The notes under the pieces: model-generated | The model's input: only the letters and a program-made list of their open reading frames with translations | The model's database searches: none | What the model was told of the DNA's origin: nothing | Source of the DNA: Candidatus Bilamarchaeaceae archaeon | Lineage (GTDB): Archaea > Micrarchaeota > Micrarchaeia > Anstonellales > Bilamarchaeaceae | Direction: 5' to 3' | Assembly (NCBI GenBank): GCA_038870635.1 | Contig: JAVZJR010000001.1 | Span: 227,601-291,600 of the forward strand | DNA: 64,000 nt | Part shown: positions 10,141 through 18,946 of the stretch, in pieces | Numbering within the stretch: position 1 is the stretch's first letter | Layout: every line of letters starts with the position of its first letter | Position numbers and translations under genes: made by a program

Positions 10141-11271
10141 ATGGCAGACTTTGTTGTTAACCCGTGGGAAGTAAGCGGCGAGATCGATTACGAGCGTTTA
10201 ATAAAAGAATTTGGAACACAAAAGATAACAGACAGTTTAAAAGAAAAATTGGCGAAATTGGCTGGCGAAGAGCACGTAATGGTACGACGGGAGTACTTTT
10301 TTTCCCATCGAGACCTAGATTTGATTTTAAGAGATTATGAGCGAGGAAAGGGATTCTTTCTTTATACTGGAAGAGGACCATCTGGACCTATGCACATTGG
10401 CCATCTTATACCGTTAATTTTTACAAAATGGTTACAAGATAAATTCAATGTCAACCTCTATATAGAGATAACGGATGACGAAAAATTTCTTTTCAAAAAA
10501 CAATTAGAGTGGGAAGATGTAAAAAAATACGCAAACGAGAATATCTTAGACATTGCCGCTGTTGGTTTTGACCCAGATAAAACTTTTATCTTCAAAGATA
10601 GCGAATATATTCGTAATGTGTACCCGCTTATGTTAAAAATTGCAAAAAAAATAACTTTTTCAACTGCAAAGGCAGTCTTTGGTTTTACCAATGAGACCAA
10701 CATCGGAGCGATATTTTATCCAGCCTATCAAATAGTTCCAACCTTTTTTGAGGAAAAGCGTTGCCTTATACCGAATGCAATAGACCAGGACCCATATTGG
10801 AGAATACAACGAGATATAGCAGAAAGTTTAGGATATCTAAAAACAGCTTCAATCCATTCAAAATTTATTCCTCCTCTTCAGGGCCCAACAGGCAAAATGA
10901 GCGCAAGTGTGCCAGAGAGCGCGATTTGGCTAAGTGATAGTGATAAAGAGGTTAAAAGGAAAATAATGAAATATGCATTTTCTGGCGGACAACCAACAGT
11001 AGAAGAACATAGGAGGAAAGGAGGCAATCCTGCGATAGATGTATCTTTTCAGTGGTTATCTATAATGTTTGAGCCAGATGATAAAAAACTTAAAAAAATA
11101 GAGGAGGACTATAGAAACGGCTCACTATTAACAGGCGAACTAAAACAAATTCTCATAGACAAAATAAATGATTTCTTAGAAAAACATAGAGAAAGAAAAG
11201 AAAAAGTAGATATCGAGGCCTTTGTTAGAACGGGCAAATTAGCTGAGAAGATGTGGGAAACGACCTATTAA
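10141..11271 (+). CDS. trpS: tryptophanyl-tRNA synthetase (archaeal/eukaryal type)
   Basis: VNPW, YTGRGPS..MHIGH, AIDQDPYWR, KMSAS, AFSGG. Confidence 0.98.
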   Translation: MADFVVNPWEVSGEIDYERLIKEFGTQKITDSLKEKLAKLAGEEHVMVRREYFFSHRDLDLILRDYERGKGFFLYTGRGPSGPMHIGHLIPLIFTKWLQDKFNVNLYIEITDDEKFLFKKQLEWEDVKKYANENILDIAAVGFDPDKTFIFKDSEYIRNVYPLMLKIAKKITFSTAKAVFGFTNETNIGAIFYPAYQIVPTFFEEKRCLIPNAIDQDPYWRIQRDIAESLGYLKTASIHSKFIPPLQGPTGKMSASVPESAIWLSDSDKEVKRKIMKYAFSGGQPTVEEHRRKGGNPAIDVSFQWLSIMFEPDDKKLKKIEEDYRNGSLLTGELKQILIDKINDFLEKHRERKEKVDIEAFVRTGKLAEKMWETTY

Positions 11272-11834
11272 TCAGCATTTATGTCTACATTTTGTTTTTC
11301 TTCTTCTACTTTGAAATATTCAAAATCTTTCATCCCTAAAAGCTTCGCTATTATAAGGTCTGGAAATGAATGAATCCTAGTATTAAACAAATAAACTGAA
11401 TTATTGTAAAATTCCCTTCTGTCAGCTATTTGATTTTCTAAAAGCACTAATTCATCATGGAGTTTAGAAAAATTTTCGCTAGCTCTTAATTTTGGATAGT
11501 TTTCTGAAACGATAAATAATAAATGTAGAAGGTTATCTAATCTTTTATTTATTTGGGCTTTTTTTGGAATTGATCGAACATTTATTAATTGCGATCTAAG
11601 AGCAGTAAGCTCGTTTAGAATTGTCTTTTCATGTTTTGCATAGCTTTGAACAACTTCGACTAGGTTTGGAATCAAATCTGCTCGTTTTTTTAACAAAACA
11701 TCAACATTCGCCCAAGACTTATAAATTTGATTACGTAACTCTATTAAAGAGTTATAAATAGAAAATATGTAAAAGAAAAATAAAAGGATTACAAACAAAA
11801 AACAAAAACAAATATCAAACATAAAATTCCTCAT
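11268..11834 (-). CDS. lemA: LemA family protein
   Basis: N-terminal TM helix, WANVDVLLKKRADLIPNLVE, ENYPKLRASENF, RREFYNNSV, FP. Confidence 0.95.
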   Translation of the reverse strand: MRNFMFDICFCFLFVILLFFFYIFSIYNSLIELRNQIYKSWANVDVLLKKRADLIPNLVEVVQSYAKHEKTILNELTALRSQLINVRSIPKKAQINKRLDNLLHLLFIVSENYPKLRASENFSKLHDELVLLENQIADRREFYNNSVYLFNTRIHSFPDLIIAKLLGMKDFEYFKVEEEKQNVDINAD

Positions 11835-12677
11835 TTAGAAGATGTTAACAACAACAAAAAATATTAAAATTATAATAACTGGAACTATTATAAACAATAG
11901 CGCCCATGCGATAACACTCAAAAATTTTTTATTTAAATTTTCAATAATTTTTTTCTCTTCCCTATTACCAATATAAAAAATACCATCTTTGCCTTTTGTA
12001 ACATATAACGGAGACGAAGCGCCTGCTTCAAAATTCTTCTCAACCGAACCGATAACATAGATGTTTTGATTTTCTTCTAAGATGTATTCCTCGACCTTAA
12101 ATTTATCATCAGAAAATTTCTTCAAATGTGGCTCTCTTTCAAAAATTGAATTAAGAAACTGAATCGCACGGTCATCAAGTTTTTGTCTAGGAAGGCCAGC
12201 AAAACCAGAAGGTGTTAGATGACCTTCTGAAAAAAATACTTGGTCGATATCAAAAGTATCTTCTTCTTTAAAAGATGGTGAAAAAGGATGAGATATCTTA
12301 TTTAAATCTATAAGTAAAGTGCCTGTTTCATCTTCTAAGTAAAAAGAATTGAATGATTTATCATGATATATCTCGAACCAACCGCGCTTTCGGCCTCGAC
12401 GGGAATAATGAAAAACAATTAACTCATAGCATGCGCAATTTTTTTTTGAAATAGGACTAATAACTCTTTTTATTGGTCTTACCTTTCCATAAAATTCTGC
12501 AAGACCATAAGCAACCGAGCGAATCTTAGATGTTGGCAAATTTTTGATTTTTTGTATTAAAGAATGATAACGTAATGCTTGGTAAAGAAAAAGAAGAATA
12601 AAAACAAAACTTGCTGGAAACAAAAAAACAAAAGACAGGGCGATATATTCAATCAGACACCCTAAATTTAAATCCAT
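11835..12677 (-). CDS. GIDE-domain-like membrane protein
   Basis: N- and C-terminal TM helices flank LPTSKIRSVAYGLAEFYGKV, SPISKKNC, FYLEDETG and EEYILE..IYVIG. Lies directly upstream of lemA. Confidence 0.7.
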   Translation of the reverse strand: MDLNLGCLIEYIALSFVFLFPASFVFILLFLYQALRYHSLIQKIKNLPTSKIRSVAYGLAEFYGKVRPIKRVISPISKKNCACYELIVFHYSRRGRKRGWFEIYHDKSFNSFYLEDETGTLLIDLNKISHPFSPSFKEEDTFDIDQVFFSEGHLTPSGFAGLPRQKLDDRAIQFLNSIFEREPHLKKFSDDKFKVEEYILEENQNIYVIGSVEKNFEAGASSPLYVTKGKDGIFYIGNREEKKIIENLNKKFLSVIAWALLFIIVPVIIILIFFVVVNIF

Positions 12678-13050
12678 AATGAATAAGACCTTCTGGGTCA
12701 TCTCTTTGTATTATTCTAAAGCACTGTTCAACTCTAGCTCCAATCTTTAACTTATTCTCTGGCGTGTCCACTATCTGGCCCAACACCCTCGCACCTTCAT
12801 CCAATTCGATTATGGCGATAGTGTAAGGAACCTGGTCTTCAAATCCTGTCGGAGGGCTATATATCGTCGTGAAGCTGTAAATCTTGCCCTTTCCTGAGTA
12901 TTGAACTTTTTTTATCTTTCCTTTTCTTCTGCATTTAGGACAAACAGAACGTGATGGGAAGAAATGCTGTCCACATGTTTCGCACGTCGTTCCCATTAAA
13001 CGATACCTTTCTGGGATTCTTCTCCAAGTTAGTGGAATACTTTCTTTCAT
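12649..13050 (-). CDS. DUF35-type Zn-ribbon/OB-fold protein
   Basis: CETCG..FPSRSVCPKC, GKIYSFTTI, PYTIAIIELDEG, YGFKF. Confidence 0.93.
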   Translation of the reverse strand: MKESIPLTWRRIPERYRLMGTTCETCGQHFFPSRSVCPKCRRKGKIKKVQYSGKGKIYSFTTIYSPPTGFEDQVPYTIAIIELDEGARVLGQIVDTPENKLKIGARVEQCFRIIQRDDPEGLIHYGFKFRVSD

Positions 13051-13146
13051 AAAAATCACTATTACTTTGTTTGCTAATTAATTAAAATTTATTGGATAAA
13101 ATAACAATACCTTTTAATTAATTAACAATAGTATAGATATACGCCC

Positions 13147-13218
13147 GCGGCCGTAGTCTAGCGGTTAGGATTCGGGCCTTCCAAGCCTGCGACTCGGGTT
13201 CAAATCCCGACGGCCGCA
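13147..13218 (+). tRNA. tRNA-Gly(TCC), intronless
   Basis: Acceptor stem GCGGCCG/CGGCCGC plus discriminator A. Anticodon arm CGGGC-CTTCCAA-GCCTG. T arm with TTCAAAT loop. Confidence 0.96.
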
Positions 13219-13266
13219 TTTTTAAATAGATAATTGTTTAAAATATGTCTAATAATTTACATAACG

Positions 13267-15564
13267 ATGATAAAACAGATAACTATCAAAAATTGGCGTT
13301 CACACGAAAATACCCAATTAACATTTGGAACAGGCACAAACTTGCTCGTTGGGATAATGGGAAGCGGAAAAACGTCAGTTCTTGACGCTATAAGTTTTGC
13401 GCTTTTTGGTACATTTCCAGCTCTTGAGAGAAGACAATTGAAGTTAGAAGACATAATAAGGTATAATACAAATGAAACGAAAGTATCCCTTATTTTTGAA
13501 TGGAATGGAAGTGAATACAAAGTAGATAGAAAAATAGAAAAGAAAAATAACAGAATAACATCAAAGGCAGATATTTACCGTGATGGTTCGCTTTTAGATA
13601 GCGGTTCAACCGCAGTCACTGAAGTTATAGAAGAAGTTCTCGATATTGATTACGATCTATTTACACGAGCGATATACTCTGAACAGAACAACATAGATTA
13701 TTTTCTCTCTTTAGATCCAAAAAAAAGAAAGGACGAATTTGATAGAATACTGGGGTTAGACCGATTTGAAAAAGCACGAGCCGCAACTGTTTCTATCGCA
13801 AATAGGCTTGAAAGCGTAGTCCGCTCGCTAACAGATAGATATGATGAGAATAAAGAAAAGGAGATAAAAGAAAACATAAGAAAAACAGCTGAAAAAGAAG
13901 AAGAATTAAGCAAGGAGATAACCACTATAAAAAAGAAAAACGATGAAATAAAAAAAGAAGTTTTAGAACTTAAGGGTGCCTTTGAATTATTAGAAAAAAA
14001 TAAGAGAACAGCGGAAGTACTATCAAAAGAATTGGCGTCCCTTCAAGGGCAAGTGGTAAGTTTAGAGAAGGGATTAACTAAAATCGAAGAAAAGGTATAT
14101 AGTGAAAAAAAGCGAATTGTTGAACAATTGAGGAAAAAAAGAGAATTGTTACAGCAAAAGATAAATGAAAACAAAAGAATAGAAGTTGAAATAAATAAAA
14201 AAATAGCTTTTATCGAAGCAAAAGTAAAAGAAGTTGAACAGAGAGCAATGCGTTTAGAAAAATTAAGAAGTATGCTAAACCAACTCCTGAATGGAAAGAG
14301 TAAAGATGAAATCATAAAAAGGCTAAATGAATCAAAAAGAGAGTTGGAGGATAAAAATTCCCAACGGGCCGCACTATTACAAATCATAACGCAAACAAGA
14401 GAACTGTTAAAGCACCTCTCATCGGCTGGTAATAAATGTCCTCTTTGTGAAACTGCTCTTGGAGCTGAAGGAATAGAAAAAGTAAGAAGAAAAAAAGAAG
14501 AAGAAATAAAAAATGCTGAAAAAAAAGCGAAAGAAATCTTAGAAGTAACGATCGCACTACAAGAAGAAAATAAAAAGATCGATGAAAATTTAAGAAAAAT
14601 AGAATTAATAGAACAGCAGATTAAAAGCGAGGAGCAACAACTAATCGATAAAGAAGAGTTTGATAAAGAAAAGGAAACACTCAAAAAACAACTCGACGAA
14701 GTGCTAAAACTAACGTTTGGGTTAGAAAACGAAAGCAAAAAATTACAACAAGAGATAGAAAAAGAAGCAGTAGAAATAAACAAAATGGAAGAAATGATTA
14801 GAAGAGAGACAATGATAAATGAGATAAAGAAAAAAATTTTAGAAGTAGAAGAAAAACAAAAAAAAGTAAAATACAACGAAGAAGAATACACAAGTAAAAG
14901 AAAAGAGTTAGAGGAAAAAAGAATAGAAGAGCAAAAACTTCAGGCTAAAATAGAATATTTAGAAAAAGAGAAAAAAATGTTAGAGGAAAATAAAAAAACA
15001 TTTGAAACACAGCTCAATGATATGTTAATGATAAAAAATAGAGCATTGGTTACAAAGGAAGTTGTAGAAGAATTAAAAATTTACAAAAACGCTCTTCTTG
15101 AAACCCAAATAGAGTTAAGAAGAGAGCTCATAGACGCGATAAACAATGCAATGAATGAGATATGGCGTATTTTCTATCCCTATGGAAACTATAAAGCACT
15201 AAGAATCAACATAACAGAAAAAGACTACGTATTTGAAGTTCTTGAAAACAATGAATGGAAAACACTTGAAAGTACAGCAAGCGGTGGGGAAAGAGCATGC
15301 GCCGCCCTTACGATACGAGCAGCACTTGCAATGGTACTAACACCGAATCTCAGTTGGTTGATATTAGATGAACCAACACACAATCTTGATTCGCAAGCAA
15401 TAGCGCTTCTGTCGGAAACCCTTCAAACAAAAATGCCACAAGTAGTAAAACAGATTTTTGTGATAACACATGAGGAAGCATTAATAGGCGCAGACTTCTC
15501 CAGAACATATAAATTAACAAGAGATAAAGAAAGTGGCGAAGCAACAAAAGTAGAAATGATTTAG
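13267..15564 (+). CDS. rad50: Rad50/SbcC-like SMC ATPase
   Basis: Walker A GIMGSGKTS, Q-loop, long coiled coil with central CPLC zinc hook, signature SGGE, Walker B LILDEPT, ITH. Confidence 0.9.
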   Translation: MIKQITIKNWRSHENTQLTFGTGTNLLVGIMGSGKTSVLDAISFALFGTFPALERRQLKLEDIIRYNTNETKVSLIFEWNGSEYKVDRKIEKKNNRITSKADIYRDGSLLDSGSTAVTEVIEEVLDIDYDLFTRAIYSEQNNIDYFLSLDPKKRKDEFDRILGLDRFEKARAATVSIANRLESVVRSLTDRYDENKEKEIKENIRKTAEKEEELSKEITTIKKKNDEIKKEVLELKGAFELLEKNKRTAEVLSKELASLQGQVVSLEKGLTKIEEKVYSEKKRIVEQLRKKRELLQQKINENKRIEVEINKKIAFIEAKVKEVEQRAMRLEKLRSMLNQLLNGKSKDEIIKRLNESKRELEDKNSQRAALLQIITQTRELLKHLSSAGNKCPLCETALGAEGIEKVRRKKEEEIKNAEKKAKEILEVTIALQEENKKIDENLRKIELIEQQIKSEEQQLIDKEEFDKEKETLKKQLDEVLKLTFGLENESKKLQQEIEKEAVEINKMEEMIRRETMINEIKKKILEVEEKQKKVKYNEEEYTSKRKELEEKRIEEQKLQAKIEYLEKEKKMLEENKKTFETQLNDMLMIKNRALVTKEVVEELKIYKNALLETQIELRRELIDAINNAMNEIWRIFYPYGNYKALRINITEKDYVFEVLENNEWKTLESTASGGERACAALTIRAALAMVLTPNLSWLILDEPTHNLDSQAIALLSETLQTKMPQVVKQIFVITHEEALIGADFSRTYKLTRDKESGEATKVEMI

Positions 15565-15605
15565 AAACTATATAATTAAAATATTTTGATAAATAATATT
15601 ATATT

Positions 15606-16412
15606 ATGGTATTAAAATTAATGAAAGAAGATGGACCAGAAAAGAAACACGCTCTTAGACAAACAATAAGAACACCTTTCTACAGCGCTCTTCTAAAACC
15701 TCTAAAAGAAGATATTGCAGAAATAACAGTATGCGCAGGGGATGGCGTATGTTGGCAGCAGCAAAAACTTGAACTTCCAATGGCTGATAAAAGATGCGTC
15801 TCGTTAATAATTGGAAGAATGAATAGGTATCTTTCAGAAGAAAAAAAGCATAACATTAATCTTATAGAAAACGAAGAACAAGTTACAACTATCGTTAACA
15901 ATGCATTCGAAGAATATAGAAATCGCCTTATAAACTTAGAGAAAAAATTTTCTATTATAGAAAAAATACGAAAAGAAATAATTAATAATGCAATAAAAAA
16001 AGTGGCGCAAGAAAACCCTGATTATAAAACAGAACTTGAGGAGTACGGTAAGGAGTTAGCAGACGAAATAAAAAATCTCCACTATAAAAATAAATCAAAA
16101 ATAAGTCAACAAATTAAATTAGAAACCGATCGGCTTTGGCTTATCCGGGACTTAATTTTTTCAGATAGCTATGGAATATACCCTCCAGTTTGGCTAGTAA
16201 GCATGCCAATGGAATATAGAAAGATATCAGCGCTAAGAACCATAATTTCTATCAAAAAGGTAGATATGGGAAAAGTATTAGTCGACGCCTACTCTCTTGT
16301 CCCACCAAAAGAAAATTATAAGGGGTGGCACCTAACTGAATATAAAGATAGTATGGAGATTTTCATAGATGATGCTTTAATATTAGTACTTCATATGGGT
16401 TATAGCTGCTAA
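15606..16412 (+). CDS. hypothetical protein
   Basis: 268-aa ORF with an upstream TATA-like element; no motif recognised. Confidence 0.7.
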   Translation: MVLKLMKEDGPEKKHALRQTIRTPFYSALLKPLKEDIAEITVCAGDGVCWQQQKLELPMADKRCVSLIIGRMNRYLSEEKKHNINLIENEEQVTTIVNNAFEEYRNRLINLEKKFSIIEKIRKEIINNAIKKVAQENPDYKTELEEYGKELADEIKNLHYKNKSKISQQIKLETDRLWLIRDLIFSDSYGIYPPVWLVSMPMEYRKISALRTIISIKKVDMGKVLVDAYSLVPPKENYKGWHLTEYKDSMEIFIDDALILVLHMGYSC

Positions 16413-16424
16413 AAATGCGCTAAA

Positions 16425-17168
16425 CTACTCTGTTTCTATTCTCGGCGCGAGATAATAAACAACAGAGGCGCCTTCTACAGAATATTCTAATTTCATTGGC
16501 TTATCTGTCTCAAGGTTTATTTTAATAGGAGAACTAGAAGGCGCGGCTTTAAGCATATCTTCAAGATATTGAAGTGGGAAGGTGGCTTTTGCATTTCCTG
16601 TTGTTTTTATTTCTAATACTTCATCTCCACCAACTTCAAACTCTTCTTTTATATCTCCACTATCTCCTTTAACTTCAACTACAAAGTCATTTGAATTTAT
16701 GTTTAGGCGAACATGAGAACTAACAAGCTTTGCATCTTTTAAAACCTCTTTTAATGCATCTGCTTTGAGAACAGCATAGCTTTTGAAATCAATTTTTGGC
16801 TCTCTTTGCATCTTTTCACTTGTTTCTCTTAATGGCACCTTAAACGTCCTTTTTCTTTTAGCTGCGTAAAACTTGACAATGAGCCTACCATCTTCTACAG
16901 AAAGTTCTGCCTTTTCCCCATTTTTTCCTCTTGAAAGAACGCTAGCTAACTGGCTTATATCTATTCCGATTCGATTCTCTTCAGTTATTGAATATTCTTC
17001 GAATGCATTTTTAGGCATAGCAAAAGAAACCATTGAAATTTGAGAAGGGTCCATTGCCTTCAGATAAAGACCATCTTTTGTTATCTCAAATTCCCCTTCC
17101 TCTACTATACTGACAATAGCATCTACTGCAGCTTTTAAAGCTGGAGCATTACTAACAACTAGTTTCAT
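16425..17168 (-). CDS. pcn: DNA polymerase sliding clamp PCNA
   Basis: LKAMDPSQISMV, FPLQYL, C-terminal YYLAPRIE; 247 aa. Confidence 0.97.
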   Translation of the reverse strand: MKLVVSNAPALKAAVDAIVSIVEEGEFEITKDGLYLKAMDPSQISMVSFAMPKNAFEEYSITEENRIGIDISQLASVLSRGKNGEKAELSVEDGRLIVKFYAAKRKRTFKVPLRETSEKMQREPKIDFKSYAVLKADALKEVLKDAKLVSSHVRLNINSNDFVVEVKGDSGDIKEEFEVGGDEVLEIKTTGNAKATFPLQYLEDMLKAAPSSSPIKINLETDKPMKLEYSVEGASVVYYLAPRIETE

Positions 17169-17239
17169 TTTCCCACCTTGAACCTAATAGAACAAAAGGG
17201 AATATAAAGCTTCTCTCCTAAATTATTTTTGGTGGGCAG

Positions 17240-17956
17240 ATGCAAAAACAAATTTTAAGAGTCTTATTGTTAGTTGCTTTATTAACACTTGCTGGTTGTT
17301 TTGAACAAACTTCAACAGAAGTTGCAAATAATACAACTATTGAAAATAAAACTAAACCAGTACTGCAACCATCCTTTATTATTATAAATCCGGAAGAAAA
17401 CGAACAAATAACTGTTGAAGGCAAAAGTGGACCAGTAACTATAATACTCAACACTAAAAATCTTGTTTTAAGGCAGGGTGGTGAGAAGAAAATCGGAGAA
17501 GGATATTTTGTATTTATCTTAGATGATGGCGAACCAATAAAAGTTTACGAAAAAACATATACATTTGAGAATGTACCTGTAGGTGAACACACTGTTTATG
17601 TAGAACTAGTGCACAACGATGGCACGCCATACACACCAAGAATAACACGTTCAGTTCATTTCAGTGTTGCATCTTCTATTAAGGAATATACACCAAGTAC
17701 CTATACAATTATTATAAATGATTTTTCTTATGAGCCTGCATCTATAGAAGTTAACGTGGGCGATACTGTTGTGTGGGTGAATAATGGCAAATTCCCACGT
17801 TCTGCTACTTGCACTGGAGTGTTCGATACGCAAATAATAGCACCGGGTAAGAACGCCAGCATAACTATGACACAGCCCCTTGAATGCGATTTTATGTCGC
17901 TTAATCAACCAAATATGAAAGGCCATATAAAAGTTAATCTTGCGCCTGGAAGTTAA
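17240..17956 (+). CDS. exported lipoprotein-like protein with C-terminal cupredoxin-fold domain (copper ligands degenerate)
   Basis: Signal ending LAGC. INDFSYEPASIEVNVGDTVVWVN and PNMKGHIKV match the plastocyanin/azurin pattern. Confidence 0.75.
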   Translation: MQKQILRVLLLVALLTLAGCFEQTSTEVANNTTIENKTKPVLQPSFIIINPEENEQITVEGKSGPVTIILNTKNLVLRQGGEKKIGEGYFVFILDDGEPIKVYEKTYTFENVPVGEHTVYVELVHNDGTPYTPRITRSVHFSVASSIKEYTPSTYTIIINDFSYEPASIEVNVGDTVVWVNNGKFPRSATCTGVFDTQIIAPGKNASITMTQPLECDFMSLNQPNMKGHIKVNLAPGS

Positions 17957-17962
17957 TTGTTT

Positions 17963-18946
17963 ATGACAGTCGAGGAACAACGCCTCCAACGGTTTATAAA
18001 CGCGCAATACCGATTGGCAGGCAAACATTCAGCAGTACAGATATGTAGTTGGACAAAAAAAGCACTACGTGGAGAGGGTTTTTGCTATAAGCAAAAGTTC
18101 TATGGTATTGATTGTCACAGATGCAGCCAAATAAGTCCTGCTTTTATATGGTGTCAACAGAGTTGTGTCCATTGTTGGCGACCAGCCGAATGGATGAAAA
18201 AAAATGATTTTGATAAAATAGAACTCGATAAACCCGAAACAATAATAGAAGAAATTGTTAAGCAGAGAAAAAAATTGTTAACAGGATTTGGCGGCGCAAA
18301 GAATATTAAAAAAGAATTATATGAAGAAGCATATAGCTTATTCCCATCCCATTGGGCAATATCATTATCAGGAGAGCCCACCATATACCCATACATAGAT
18401 AGATTAATAAAAGCTTTAAAGAAGCACAAAGAAGTCCGAAGTATTTTTTTGGTTACTAACGGTCAAGAACCAAATATTTTAAGAAAACTTATAAAGAACA
18501 AAAGTCTTCCTACCCAACTCTACATATCGCTCACTGCATGGAATGAGAAAAGCTTCAAAAAACTAAATAAATCTACATATGAAAACGGTTGGAAAAGGCT
18601 TCTATCTTCACTAAAAATGCTAAAAAAGATGAAATGTAGGACGGTAATAAGATTAACTCTAATAAAAGGCATAAATGATAGTAAAGAAGCAAAAGAAAAT
18701 TTCGCGAGATTATTTGAAATGGCGCAGCCAACCTTTATAGAAATAAAAGCATATATGTTTTTAGGCGAATCTAGAAAACGTTTAAAAAAAGAAAATATGC
18801 CTTCTCACGAAGATGTTAAAAAATACGCAAATGATATACTTGCTCTCCTCCACTCGTATAGGTATGAGGATGAAGACGAAAAATCAAGGATAGTTCTTCT
18901 TAAAAACAAAAAGACGAAAATAAAAAATTATATTCAAAGAGAGTAA
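17963..18946 (+). CDS. taw1: 4-demethylwyosine synthase (radical SAM, Taw1/TYW1)
   Basis: HSAVQICSWT, CYKQKFYGIDCHRC, CQQSCVHCWRP, AISLSGEPT, EIKAYM. Confidence 0.96.
   Translation: MTVEEQRLQRFINAQYRLAGKHSAVQICSWTKKALRGEGFCYKQKFYGIDCHRCSQISPAFIWCQQSCVHCWRPAEWMKKNDFDKIELDKPETIIEEIVKQRKKLLTGFGGAKNIKKELYEEAYSLFPSHWAISLSGEPTIYPYIDRLIKALKKHKEVRSIFLVTNGQEPNILRKLIKNKSLPTQLYISLTAWNEKSFKKLNKSTYENGWKRLLSSLKMLKKMKCRTVIRLTLIKGINDSKEAKENFARLFEMAQPTFIEIKAYMFLGESRKRLKKENMPSHEDVKKYANDILALLHSYRYEDEDEKSRIVLLKNKKTKIKNYIQRE

Noticed and set aside
13071..13128. 17-bp near-perfect inverted repeat upstream of tRNA-Gly
   Set aside because: Almost pure A/T and explained by back-to-back TATA elements of divergent promoters. 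No matching att-like tRNA repeat or integrase was seen.
14043..14891. 282-aa Phe/Ser/Leu-rich reverse-strand ORF
   Set aside because: Antisense shadow of the Lys/Glu-rich rad50 coiled coil. The same applies to most short opposite-strand ORFs in the track.
15565..15612. Similarity between the leaders of the two orphan genes (15606 and 53283), AAACT(A/T)TATAA..AAAA...ATGGTA
   Set aside because: Consistent with a generic BRE/TATA promoter in AT-rich DNA; too short to claim a shared regulon.
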